Shown: piece by piece, positions 38,641 through 51,500 of the stretch | How positions within the stretch are numbered: the stretch's first letter is position 1 | How the letters are laid out: the number at the start of each line of letters is the position of its first letter | Translations under genes and position numbers: made by a program | Assembly: GCF_035084215.1 (NCBI RefSeq) | Contig: NC_090362.1 | Span: 19,654,001-19,718,000 of the forward strand | From: Heptranchias perlo | Lineage: Eukaryota | Direction of reading: 5' to 3' | DNA: 64,000 nucleotides | The notes under the pieces: generated by a model | Seen by the model: the letters and a program-made list of their open reading frames with translations, nothing else | What the model was told of the DNA's origin: nothing | Database searches by the model: none

Positions 38641-40356
38641 AAATTACTGTAGTGGGTAATTAAAAATAGTCACTTAACTATTGGTTGAAATTGATCAAAC
38701 ATATAATTCAAAAAGGGGGAGAGGGAATAACCCATTATCAATGTAAATAAATCTGATATATTAGAGTGCTCAAAAATTGAAATAATAGAAAATGTTGCAA
38801 TATACAGGTTAGTCAACATCTAGAAGGAAATAAAGTTTCAAATGAAGACCTTCATCACATCTTTTCTGTGGTGACGGTGATAGTTGATTTCATTGAAGCA
38901 GAACGGTCTATTGAACAGCACCTCAAGTTCAAGAATGCTTTTATTTTGGCACCAAAACAGCATTGTCCACACCACAGAAATACAAGAATGCAACAAAGTT
39001 CTTAAGTGCGGAGAAATGCAGACACTGGGAACCATATCAGTGATTCAATATCTGGTGTCACAGGGTTCTACCGTCTCATAACCTTCATACGACAAACAAT
39101 AGTCCTCGACCAATTCATACTTCAAAACACTTATTTTAATTCACTCCACATCCAAGCACACTATAGTACCTTTTGGCAACACACAGTACACTTTCCCAGC
39201 CCCAGGGTCTTTTAGCTGTCCGCAACTGCCTTTCAGTTCATCAGCTTCTTCCTGGCCTCAGAGCCCAGGCCAGGCCAGCCCAGCTGCCTTCCATCTTCCT
39301 CTTAGGAAGCCCTGTTTCAGCTCAGTTTCTCTCACCCCTTTACTCTCACCTGACTAGGGAAGGTCGCCACCCACTCCTTCTTAAAGGTGAGGTCTCTTAA
39401 AAGGGCCATACCCTTATTCGGGGATCAGGGCCCTCATCACCTACTGGCCCTCAGTTACCCTGTCACGTGCTAAATGTGAAGTTGCAAGCAGTAACAAAAA
39501 TCTGCAGTGAGCACAACCACGTCGCTCCCTAAAGATGGTCAGTTGGCCAGAAAAAAAGACTTGGTAACTATTTAAATCTTTCAGGTAAGGGAGCCAGTGT
39601 GACTTTGTGATTTCAGGTTCAGGTAAGTGGTATGTGCAATGTTTTTAAAGTTATTCATCAGTAAGAAATAATAGTATCCTATGAATATTCATAGTCTTGT
39701 ATAATTGAAATTGTGTAAATCGCATAGAAAATCTGTATTCATATCTGCTTACTGTGCTTGAAGTAAATAAATAATTCTTTCCCTGTCTTCTGATCAATCT
39801 TACTGTTAAAAAAAAATCAGTTCATGCATAATATGCCAATGAAAGTATTCTTTCATGTCTGCACAGAAAATTATTTCACAATTCAATTCCTCAGATTCTC
39901 ACCTGAGGAGTAGAATGAGGATGATGAACAGTAGATTTGGAGCATGTCACAGGTCCTGAAGATGAGTTCTGAGTTTCAAATCTTACACAATGCTGCAAAG
40001 CCTACCTGTGGTAGGGTCCTCCATAGGTCATCCCTATACAAGCTGAAACACCTCTCAGCAATTTAGAGAGATACGTCATTCCACTGACTGGTGCTGGCCC
40101 TTCAACCCCCTCCACATAGGCAGAACATGCTGGAGAAGGTCATTCACTTGCTGATTCAAAATTTCTACAGCACTGTGCAGTCAGGCAACATTGTGATGTA
40201 TAGGGACATGACAAAATTGCAGAATATGCAACTTGGCTAGTTGAGAAGTCATGACTTCCCTCCCCCTTCCAGTTCTGAATAGTAGCCCTTCAGATGTCGC
40301 TCGAGTGTTCTGAAGACAACTCAGTTAGATTTATAAGGATAGCATTAAGTTCTTCT

Positions 40357-40486
40357 GTGATCCGGTGCTCTGGATCCAGAGTGATCCGGTGCTCTGGATC
40401 CAGAGTGATCCGGTGCTCTGGATCCAGAGTGATCCGGTGCTCTGGATCCAGAGTGATCCGGTGCTCTGGATCCAGAGTGATCCGGT
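40357..40486. repeat. 24-bp perfect tandem repeat x5.4 (GTGATCCGGTGCTCTGGATCCAGA)
   Basis: Five identical units plus 10 bp. Confidence 0.95.
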
Positions 40487-40739
40487 TACAGACCATTCTA
40501 ATAAGTCCCTTGTAAAATCTGTAAATTGAACAAATATACGCAAAGATTCAAAAACAATGGTAACATTTATTACTTTCTTTAAACAGCGTTCCTTTATTTT
40601 TATTTGTTAAGGTACTTATTTTAAAGTAATGATCAGAGGTTAATTTCAAACCTTGAAAAGAAATGCATTTAATTGTCGCTTAATATTTATTCTCTTTCAC
40701 CGAGTAATGTAATAAAATTTACTTTTTAAGTATAAACAT

Positions 40740-41330
40740 TTGGAAGCATCAGAGAAATTACCGCACCAGAGAAGGCCTTTTGGCCAATGCTGCTACTTCT
40801 ACTGGAGATATCTTACTTCTCTGTCTCCTTTTTATATTCTTGTTTTTGAAATAGTTATCCTGTTCCATTTTAAATTGTTATAGTCTCAATAGGCACTTGT
40901 GGTAAAGCATTTCATTTTGTAACAACCTGCTATGTAAAACAAAACTTCTCTTCTAACTTCGGCCTTCTAGTAATAATCCTCAGTCCATGTTCCTTTGTTA
41001 CCGAATCGCCAACTTGCTGAAACAATTTTTCTTGCATAATTTTGATAACTTCGGTTAGATTTCCCCTTAACGTTCTGCAATCCAGTGAAAAAAGCATCAG
41101 GTCTTCAAGCTTTTCTTCACTGTTATGACCTATCATTCTAACGAACCTTTGCTGAGCTCTTTCTATGGCTCTAATATTCGTCTGATGTGCCCAGCTGTGC
41201 ATACAAAACTCTCAACTGGTGGCCTAACCAATGTCTTATGCAAATTCGACATTATTTTGCTTCTGTCCTGTTTTGTACTTTTTATGCCTCTTTATAAATC
41301 CGATGATCTCATATGCTTTTATTTAACAGC
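40740..41330 (-). mobile_element. Old CR1 3' fragment
   Basis: AIERAQQRFVRMI...LFSLDCRTLRGNLTEV remnant. Confidence 0.7.
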
Positions 41331-41339
41331 TTTAAGAAT

Positions 41340-41600
41340 ACCCACTGTGGGACTGGAATCACAATCCTTTCCCTCAGGGACATTAGTGAATCAGTTGGGT
41401 TTTTATGACATTTATTTTAAGGGCAATTAGGGATGGGTAATAAATGCTGGCCTTGCCAGCGACGCCCACATCCCATGAACGAATAAAAAAAACACTCCGG
41501 CAGCTTTCATGGTAATTTTCCCTGGTGCTAATCACAAATTACTAGATTTATTGAACTGAACTGCACAGTATGCCATGATAGGAATTTGAACTCACTTCTA
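41340..41600. mobile_element. Old antisense SINE matching the head of the 48543-51842 LINE, with a young sense 3' tail of the same family inserted at ~41415-41492
   Basis: ggacattagtgaatcagttgggttttta...tttcatgg...tttgaactca matches 51560-51775; 41420-41492 is near-identical to the reverse complement of 48545-48618. Confidence 0.75.
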
Positions 41601-41804
41601 CGTCCAGATATTCACGCCTGCTAGAAACTGGGTTGGGATTCCTCGAACTCATTTCATACAGACCTTTACAACTTGCAGAAAGTGGAGACTTGCAGCCCAT
41701 CACCTGGAATGTATTCAAACCCACAGCTGAAGAAACATTGTTCTAATTTACTGTGCTGCACTGAGGTCCACTTGAGGGTCATACTAATGCCCTTAATTTT
41801 TCAG

Positions 41805-41888
41805 GAAGGATTTTCCCTAATTGAAGCTCACAAATGGTGGAAAGCAGTGCGTAGAGCAGATTGTGTGCTCTTTGGATCCAAAGTCAAG
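41805..41888 (+). CDS. REC114: REC114 exon 3 (28 codons)
   Basis: tttttcAG|EGFSLIEAHKWWKAVRRADCVLFGSKVK|GTAAGA; PH-domain segment of REC114. Confidence 0.93.
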
Positions 41889-42204
41889 GTAAGAAGTTGC
41901 AGCTAATTTTTTTTCTGGACCTTATTTTGTCAGTTTCTTTTGTTTTAATTTCAGACCTGATCGATAGGCTTTTAATCCATTTTCTTATCTCTACCTTGGG
42001 TGGCCTCCCACTGATTTAGCTCTTTGCACTTTCTTTACTTCTCTTAACTCTTGAATTACTATCATCTGTTGTGAAGATCATCCCTCTCAACTAACCATCT
42101 CATGCTTTTCTTTTAAGCGGGTTACAGATCATTCCATTGAGATTTTCTCTCTTTTTCCTCCACCTTTCTTTTTATTCTGATTCTCTTACAATCTTTTATT
42201 TTTC

Positions 42205-42922
42205 CAGTTCCAACATTTCCAGTCGGTCGATGCCATTTGACAGTACTCCTCGTCGCCGGAACTGACCGACAGGCACCAGGATGTATCCTGGATGATGGTG
42301 AGACAGGCCCTCCCAGTGCGGTCCTTCCAACACACATGGAACCTCACCGCCACTGCGAGCTGCCCTTGAGGCTGTGGCGGGGAGGAGACTGTCATCCACC
42401 TCCTGATGAGCTGCCCCTTTGCGCAGAGGGTGTGGCGTGAGATGCGTTGGTGTCTGACCCGGTTCATCCTCAATAGTTCGGTAACGCAGGATACTGTGTT
42501 CTACGGGCTGTTCCCCGGGACGCACACCGAGACAGTTGTCGACTGCGGCCGGAAGACCATCAGCTCGGTGAAGGAGGCCCATTGGTCTGCCCGAAACCTG
42601 CTGGTCTTCCGGCTAAAGGAGCTGTCCACGACCGAGTGTTGCCGACTGGCACACTTCAAGGTCAAGGAGTACGTGCTGCGGGACACACTGAAGTGAGGTG
42701 CGGCCTACGCAAAGGTTCTATGGGGAAAGGCCAACCCACCTTGTATTGTACCGAGTGTTTTAGAAGCTGTGCACTGATTTGAATTGTAATAATGGGAATC
42801 ATAGTGTGTACACTCTGCATTGTATTGGTTCAAACTATATTGCTTGAAATTGTGTCCTTTTACATTGAACTGTGTATATCTTTAAATTTTATGAAATAAA
42901 GTATATTTTGAAATTTAGAAAA
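42205..42922 (+). mobile_element. Tx1/L1-clade LINE 3' end (C-terminal zinc-binding region, 3' UTR, polyA signal)
   Basis: ETVIHLLMSCPFAQRVWREM...WSARNLLVF (zf-RVT-like); AATAAA near 42895 followed by an A-rich end. Confidence 0.8.
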
Positions 42923-43039
42923 AGGGTTGCAAAAGACGACCCATTGCACATCCTGTCCAGCTTTCCCTTCCATTGAAGATCGGGCGGGGTGTTTAACGGG
43001 TGGTCAATCTGCTGCTGCCTGTTTTGTGCCTCTGCTGAA

Positions 43040-43975
43040 GTTGAATTTCACCCCTTTTGTGTCTGATGGCTTTTTGCTGCAGCATCCAAGTCTAATCCCA
43101 CTGCCCTGCTCTCTCTCCCTGTAGCCCTGTATCTTTCCTCTGATTCAAATATTCATCCAATTTTCATTCAAAAGATGCAGTGGTCTCTGTCTCAACCGCT
43201 CCGGTTGGCAAAGCATTCCATGCCTCGACAACCCATGGCATCAATACATTTCTTCCAACCTTGCTCCTCACTTTTGGTGACAATTGATGACCCCTTGTCA
43301 CTGATTCCCCAACCAGAAGTAGTTTTTCCCTTTTCACCCCAGCGAAATCGTTCGTAATGTTAAAAACCTCTATTAAATCTCCCCTTTTTCCACATTATTG
43401 GCTGTCGAGTTTCCTACATTACAGCATAGACTACATTATAGAACGTTACAGCACAGAAGGAGGCCGTTCGACCCATCGAGCCTGTGCCGGCTCTTTGTAA
43501 GAGCAATCCAGTTAATCCCATTCCCCCGCTCTTTCCTGTAGCCCTGCAAATTATTTTTCTTCAAATATTTATCAAATTCCTTTACGAAAGCCATGATTGA
43601 ATCTGCATCCACCACCCTTTCAGGCAGTGCGTTCTAGATCGTAACTATTCGCTGCGTAAAAAGGTTTTTCCTCACATCGCCTTTGATCCTTTTGACAATC
43701 ACCTTAAATCCACGTCCTCTGATTCTTGAACTTTCTGCCAGTGGGAACAAGGCCTTGCATGGTGTAATTCCCCGTGCGTAGGCCGCACCTCGCATCAGTG
43801 TGTCCCACAGCATGTAGTCCTGGACCTTGGAGCGTGCCAGTTGGCAACACACCAGCCACGGCCAGCTCCTCCAGCTGGAAGACCAGCAGTGACTGCACTT
43901 TGAAAACACTCCATCGGCTGTAAAGCGCTTTGGGGTGTCCTGAGGTCGTGAAAGGGTCTATATAAATGCATTGTC
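43040..43975. mobile_element. Mosaic of CR1 tails, a Tx1/L1 scrap (43770-43885) and a split DeuSINE tail
   Basis: KNLFTQRIV and CQLARSKVQDYMLWDTL peptides; SINE tail split between ~43400-43430 and 43885-43975. Confidence 0.65.
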
Positions 43976-44387
43976 GTTCTTTGTGTCCTTTCTCTGCTCC
44001 AATGGAAATAGTTCCATGGAAATAGTATCGGAAGTCTCTCCTCATAACTATAGTTTCCTATCCCTATCATCACCTTGGCAAAAATGATTGTTTAACGTAT
44101 CTTTACACAGCACGCACATGCGTGATATCTAACTGTCATAGTATCGGCTTAAAAGAAAATAAAAACATGATGAGGAATTAAGGTAATTTGAGAGTTCATA
44201 CTGTGATATCTGAGAATAGAAATTTAAAAAAATCATGCCTTTCTATTTACAAACCATAGAGTATCTGAATATGTTTAATATTAAGGAACTTTGACAGTTG
44301 ACAGTCAGAATTATTCTATTCTGTAAAACTGAAAATTAAAAATAACATAGTTGTAATCTTCCTTTGTTCTCGTCTTCCCTCCTCCAG

Positions 44388-44579
44388 AATGAAAGCCGCA
44401 TGTTTCGTGTGCAGTTCAGTGGAGATTCACACGGGCAAGCGCTGGAGCACTGCTCTAGCTGTGTGCAGAAACTCCTTCAGTATGTAGACGTACAAAACCC
44501 TGAAGGAAAAAATCTGAACCAAGCTCTGCTGTTAAGCCAGACAACAAACATCAGTCACTCTGGAACTACGGAGCTAGAG
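44388..44579 (+). CDS. REC114: REC114 exon 4 (64 codons)
   Basis: Polypyrimidine tract + cAG|NESRMFRVQFSGDSHGQALEHCSSCVQKLLQY...TTELE|GTAGGA; hallmark SRxFRVQF...ALEHCxSCVQKL. Confidence 0.93.
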
Positions 44580-45194
44580 GTAGGATAGCAGGAGAGTAAG
44601 ATAACCCCTCCTGCCCAACCCTAGTTTATTTTGCTGTGGTTTGTTGCCACGCCATGATTGAGCTGAACCTTCCTGAAACTCCTGTTAACGTCTGTGGATG
44701 TTACACATACTCTAACACGCTATCAAAATATTCAAGATGGTCCCTCTCGATAACGTGACTGCCCTGTACCTGTGAAATTTCATGCACCACTGACAAGCAA
44801 CTTATCTGCAAGTGTTGTTACAGAATAGGTCACATTAAAAGCTGCAGGGTGTGAGAAGCATCACTATTCATGTTGGTGTTTGTGAGCAATCCCAGCTGTC
44901 ACGAGCTCATGCCTATCTTTTAAACTACCACCTCAGACAGAGTATGACAATGCTTGAAATCCTCGACAAGCTATTTATCAACCCCATCTTTTTCCTCATT
45001 ATGAAAAGCATATGAAAGCTGTGGAGATTATTCGGACTACTCTTTAAGGTTTTGTTTTTTAGCAGCTTTGAACAAGTGTAAGTCACGTGTTATGTCTGAA
45101 ATGATTACAATGAGCAGTTAGCATTCGACCCTATCAAAACTTTCAGTAGCGGGTCAAATGGAAAACTTTTCAGTGGCAGGAGTGATTCCTGACA

Positions 45195-47085
45195 CAAAGG
45201 AAGATTGTATGGTCGTCAGAGGCCAGTCATCACAGCACCAGCACATCACTGCAGGAGTTCCTCAGGGATCTTCAGCTTCTTCATTAATGACCTCCTGTCA
45301 TAAGGTCAGGAGTGGGGCTGTTTGTTGATGATTCCGCAGTGTTCAGTTCCATTCACAGCTCCTCTGATAATGAAGCTGCCCTTGCCAGCTTACAACAGGA
45401 CCTGGATAACATCCAGAATTGAGCTGACAAGTGACAGGTAACATTTGCACCACTTAAGTGCCAAGAAATGATCATCTTGAATAAGACAAAGCCTAGGCAC
45501 CTCCACTTCTTCTTTAATAGCACCACCATCACCCAGCCACCATGAAAGTCCTGCCGATCACAATATTTATTAACGACTTAGATGAAGACATAGAAAGTCT
45601 CATATCTAAGTTTTCTGATGACACAAAGATTTGGTGGTATTGTAAGCAGTGTAGATGAAAACATAAAATTACAAAGTGCTTTGATCGATTAGGTGAATGG
45701 GCAAAACTGGCAAATGGAATTCAATGTAGACAAATGTGAGGTTATCCACTTTGGATCAAAAAAGGATAGAACAGGGTACTTTCTAAATAGTAAAAAGTTA
45801 AGAACAGTGAATGACCAAAGGGACTTAGGGGTTCAGGTACATAGATCATCGAAGTGTCATGAACAGATGCAGAAAATAATCAATAAGGCTAATGGAATGC
45901 TGGCCTTTATATCTAGAGGGCCGGAGTACAAGGGGGCAGAAGTCATGCTGCAGCTATACAAAACCCTGGTTAGACCGCACCTGGAGTACTGTGAGCAGTT
46001 CTGGGCACCGCACCTTCGGAAGGACATATTGGCCTGGGAGGGAGTGCAGCGTAGGTTTACTAGAATGATACCCGGACTTCAAGGGTTAAGTTACGAGGAG
46101 AGATTACACAAATTGGGGTTGTATTCTCTAGAGTTTCGAAGGTTAAGGGGTGATCTGATCGAAGTTTATAAGATATTAAGGGGAACAGATAGGGTGGATA
46201 GAGAGAAACTATTTCTGCTATTTGGGGATTCTAGGAGTAGGGGGCACAGTCTAAAAATTAGAGCCAGACCTTTCAGGAGTGAGATTAGAAAACATTTCTA
46301 CACACAAAGGGTGGTAGAAGTTTGGAACTCTCTTCCGCAAACAGCAATTGATACTAGCTCAATTGCTAAATTTAAATCTGAGATCGATAGCTTTTTGGCA
46401 ACCAAAGGTATTAAGGGATATGGGCCAAAGGCGGGTATATGGAGCTAGATCACAGATCAGCCATGATCTTATCAAATGGCGGAGCAGGCACAAGGGGCTG
46501 AATGGCCTACTCCTGTTCCTATGATCACCATTGACCAGAAGCTGAGCTGGATCAGCCATATCAACACTGTATCGTGCTCTTGCAGCCAGAGGCTGGGTAT
46601 CTGTGATGAGTGGCTCACCTCCTGACCCCTTAAAACCTCTTCTCCATCTATAATGCTCAAGTCAGGAATATGATGGAACACTCACCACTTGCCTGGATGT
46701 GTACAATCACAACACTCAAGAAGCTCAACATCATCCAAGACAAAGCAGTTCATTTGATTGGTGCGTCGCCACTGAATTTAATATCCACCCCCTCCACTAC
46801 TAGCGTACTGTGGTTGCAATATATGTGATCTACAAGGAGGCACTGCGTCAACTCACCAAGGTTATATCGACAGTGCCCCACTTTCGTGTGACCTCTGCCA
46901 ATGGGGAGGACACGAGCAGCAACGTTTGGGAACATCACCTAATTCCCCTTCAAGTTGCTCACCATCCTGACTTGGACATGTATCACTGTTCCTTCATCTT
47001 CACTTAGTCAATATCCTTGAATTGCCTACTTAACACAATTGTGGGAGCACCATCACCACAAGGGCTGCAGCAGCTCAAGGGGACT
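45195..47085 (+). mobile_element. Old decayed copy of the 48543-51842 LINE family, split by the CR1 insertion
   Basis: 45200-45560 resembles the reverse complement of 49590-49210 (gcaggagttcctcaggg). The sequence resumes at 46523 with tcaccattgaccagaa and follows the family to near its 3' end. Confidence 0.8.
45563..46522 (+). mobile_element. CR1 3' fragment nested in an older LINE
   Basis: ORF 45693-46448 encodes the CR1 C-terminus; GATCAC occurs at both junctions. Confidence 0.9.
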
Positions 47086-47257
47086 GCAGTTATCACACTG
47101 GTACTGCTGAGATTTGCTTTGTGCACCACTGACATCGTCGGCACAGAAAGTACAGGAGGTTTTACTCTTAACGTTAACCATATTGCACTCGTGCCTGGAA
47201 TGATTTTGTCAATGATTGTAGCATTTCAAGATCCTGTTATTTTATATTTAATGACAG

Positions 47258-47338
47258 GCACGTGGTACAGGGGAGGGGCAAACAGCAACTCAAAGCAGCC
47301 TTTCCGAGGGTAGAATATCCATCAAACAACTGGCAAAG
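47258..47338 (+). CDS. REC114: REC114 exon 5 (27 codons)
   Basis: acAG|ARGTGEGQTATQSSLSEGRISIKQLAK|GTAGGT; the end resembles human DGRTSLTQLAQ. Not in the ORF track in this frame. The acceptor is less certain than the donor. Confidence 0.8.
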
Positions 47339-48542
47339 GTAGGTAAAGACAGAGTTATTATGTCTTCTGCTTTTTACTATGTATTAAATCTGTATTCTTG
47401 AATCAAATACTGTTCCACTTCTTGCGATCAGTGTAAACAACAATTACTCCCAGAAAAGATACAGAGCAGATTTGATGCAGAGTAAAACTCCTTTTACATT
47501 GTTCTAATAAAGTACAGCAATGTAACATTTCATATTCCAGGAAGAAGATTAAAATTGTTTTTGAAAGCCATTGTAGTCATCCTTGAGGCTTCTGAGTGAC
47601 GTGATTTAATACTGAATTACGAATAGATTTTGTTCTGAAGACTCTGGCCCAGTCTGAACTTGGTAAAGACTGGTCCAAGTTCAGTTCATGTAAGGCATTT
47701 ACAGCTTAGAGCGTTGAATATGAAACTCAACCAGAGATAAAAACAAACCCTGTCATCTCATTTACTGTTTGTACTACCTAGCTGTGTGCAAATTGGCTGT
47801 CATCTTTGCCTGCACAACAAGTGATTACTCTTCAGAAGTAATGAGATTTTAAGCATTTTAGGAGATTCTGAGGATATGCTAAGTCACTATGTAAATACAA
47901 GCTTGCTTTCTTTCTTTCACTATGCAACGCATTCCCCTCTTGAGTTTTTCACTTTTTAATATTTTTTTCCTTCGGGCTCTATTCTAAACTTGCTGAGGCA
48001 ACAACTAAGGATAGAAGAGAAAAAGGGTAATCAATAAAAAGGGGAAAAGTAGAGGGCAAATCAAGGAAAGAACTGGAAAGGTAAGAATCAAAAGGGCTTG
48101 TTTCTATCTATATTTTGTTTCATACAATCAGGAAGCAAATTTTATTCTACTGCACCTTAGTTTATCGCCTGTTGTTTGTACCCCTTAATGTGTTGAAAGA
48201 GTTAAGATGTGACAAGTTATTCTAAAGAAGGAATCTTATTCTCAGTTTGGATAGCAAATTTGTCAGTTTCTCGTAGCATTAATAAAATCGAGCCTCTTCT
48301 GTCACTGCACAAACCTTACAAAACCATGACTTCTACCTGGAACAGAATCTGTATCAAGTGACTAGTAGCTACTGTGAGACTAGACTGGGGCGAATGGGAG
48401 ATGGATATAATAAGTATCTTATTCTCAGTCTGTCAGTGTCGTATCGTCTTTCCTGTAGTATCCGAGCTTTAGGTCTACTTCCGAAATTTGTAAGATGAAT
48501 ACGTAGTTCTGTACCTCTTTGGGCAGTTAGCAAAAGCTTTAG

Positions 48543-51500
48543 TTTTTTTTTTATTCGTTCACGGGATGTGGGCGTCGCTGGCAAGGCCAGCATTTATTGC
48601 CCATCCCTAATTGCCCTCGAGAAGGTGGTGGTGAGCCGCCTTCTTGAACCGCTGCAGTCCGTGTGGTGACGGTTCTCCCACAGTGCTGTTAGGAAGGGAG
48701 TTCCAGGATTTTGACCCAGCGACGATGAAGGAACGGCGATATATTTCCAAGTCGGGATGGTGTGTGACTTGGAGGGGAACGTGCAGGTGGTGTTGTTCCC
48801 ATGTGCCTGCTGCTCTTGTCCTTCTAGGTGGTAGAGGTCGCGGGTTTGGGAGGTGCTGTCGAAGAAGCCTTGGCGAGTTGCTGCAGTGCATCCTGTGGAT
48901 GGTACACACTGCAGCCACAGTGCGCCGGTGGTGAAGGGAGTGAATGTTTAGGGTGATGGATGGGGTGCCAATCAAGCGGGCTGCTTTATCTTGGATGGTG
49001 TCGAGCTTCTTGAGTGTTGTTGGAGCTGCACTCATCCAGGCAAGTGGAGAGTATTCCATCACACTCCTGACTTGTGCCTTGTAGATGGTGGAAAGGCTTT
49101 GGGGAGTCAGGAGGTGAGTCACTCGCCGCAGAACACCCAGCCTCTGACCTGCTCTCGTAGCCACAGTATTTATATGGCTGGTCCAGTTCAGTTTCTGGTC
49201 AATGGTGACCACCAGGATGTTGATGGTGGGGGATTCGGCGATGGTAATGCCGTTGAATGTCAAGGGGAGGTGGTTAGACTTTCTCTTGTTGGAGATGGTC
49301 ATTGCCTGGCACTTATCTGGCGCGAATGTTACTTGCCACTTATGAGCCCAAGCCTGGATGTTGTCCAGGTCTTGCTGCATGCGGGCTCGGACTGCTTCAT
49401 TGAGGGGTTGCGAATGGAACTGAACACTGTGCAGTCATCAGCGAACATCCCCATTTCTGACCTTATGATGGAGGGAAGGTCATTGATGAAGCAGCTGAAG
49501 ATGGTTGGGCCTAGGACACTGCCCTGAGGAACTCCTGCAGCAATGCCCTGGGGCTGAGATGATTGGCCTCCAACAACCACTACCATCTTCCTTTGTGCTA
49601 GGTATGACTCCAGCCACTGGAGAGTTTTCCCCCTGATTCCCATTGACTTCAATTTTACTAGGGCTCCTTGGTGCCACACTCGGTCAAATGCTGCCTTGAT
49701 GTCAAGGGCAGTCACTCTCACCTCACCTCAGGAATTCAGCTCTTTTGTCCATGTTTGGACCAAGGCTGTAATAAGGTCTGGAGCCGAGTGGTCCTGGCGG
49801 AACCCAAACTGAGCATCGGTGAGCAGGTTATTGGTGAGTAAGTGCCGCTTGATAGCACTGTCGACGACACCTTCCATCACTTTGCTGATGATTGAGAGTA
49901 GACTGATGGGGCGGTAATTGGCCGGATTGGATTTGTCCTGCTTTTTGTGGACAGGACATACCTGGGCAATTTTCCACATTGTCGGGTAGATGCCAGTGTT
50001 GTAGCTGTACTGGAACAGCTTGGCTAGAGGCGCAGCTAGTTCTGGAGCACAAGTCTTCAGCACTACAGCTGGGATGTTGTCGGGGCCCATAGCCTTTGCT
50101 GTATCCAGTGCACTCAGCCGTTTCTTGATATCACGTGGAGTGAATCGAATTGGCCGAAGACTGGCTTCCGTGATGGTGGGGATATCGGGAGGAGGCCGAG
50201 ATGGATCATCCACTCGGCACTTCTGGCTGAAGATGGTTGCAAACGCTTCAGCCTTGTCTTTTGCGCTGGGGCTGAGATGTTTGCAGAGCCTCCTCCTCCC
50301 GTTAGTTGTTTAATTGTCCACCACCATTCACGACTGGATGTGGCAGGACTGCAGAGCTTTGATCTGATCCGTTGGTTGTGGAATCGCTTAGCTCTGTCTA
50401 TAGCATGTTGCTTCCGCTGTTTAGCATGCATGTAGTCCTGAGTTGTAGCTTCACCAGGTTGGTACCTCATTTTTAGGTACGCCTGGTGCTGCTCCTGGCA
50501 TGCTCTTCTACACTCCTCATTGAACCAGGGTTGATCCCCTGGCTTGTTGGTAATGGTAGAGTGAGGAATATGCCGGGCCATGAGGTTACAGATTGTGCTG
50601 GAATACAATTCTGCTGCTGCTGATGGCCCACAGCGCCTCATGGATGCCCAATTTTGAGCTGCTAGACCCGTTCTGAATCTATCCCATTTAGCACGGTGGT
50701 AGTGCCACACAACACGTTGGATGGTGTCCTCAGTGCGAAGACGGGACTTCATCTCCACAAGGACTGTGCGGTGGTCACTCCCACCAATACTGTCATGGAC
50801 AGATGCATTTGCGACAGGTAGATTGGTGAGGACAAGGTCAAGTAAGTTTTTCCCTCGTGTTGGTTCGCTCACCACCTGCCGCAGGCCCAGTCTAGCAGCT
50901 ATGTCCTTCAGGACTCGGCCAGCTCGGTCAGTAGTGGTGCTACCGAGCCACTCTTGGTGATGGACATTGAAGTCCCCCACCCAGAGTACATTCTGTGCCC
51001 TTGCTACCCTCAGTGCTTCCTCCAAGTGGTGCTCAACATGGAGGAGGACTGATTCATCAGCTGAGGGAGGACGGTCGGTGGTAATCAGCAGGAGGTTTCC
51101 TTGCCCATGTTTGACCTGATGCCATGAGATTTCATGGGGTCCAGAGTCAATGTTGAGGACTCCCAGGGCCACTCCCTCCTGACTGTATATTACTGTACCG
51201 CCACCTCTGGTGGGTCTGTCCTGCCGGTGGGACAGGACATACCCAGGGATGGTGATGGAAGAGTCTGGGACGTTGGCTGAAAGATATGATTCTGTGAGTA
51301 TGGCTATGTCAGGCTGTTGCTTGACTAGTCTGTGGGACAGCTCTCCAAATTTTGGCACAAGTCCCCAGATGTTAGTAAGGAGGACCTTGCAGGGTCGACT
51401 GGGCTTGGTGTTTTGCCGTTGTCGTGTCCGGTGCCTAGTGGTCCGATGCCGGGTGGTCCGTCCGGTTTTATTCTTATTATGACTTTTCGTAGCGAGATTT

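Noticed and set aside
38835-38860. Second hammerhead on the minus strand (GTGATGA...GAAAC)
   Set aside because: The core C is mutated and stem II cannot pair; at most a decayed Penelope-derived relic.
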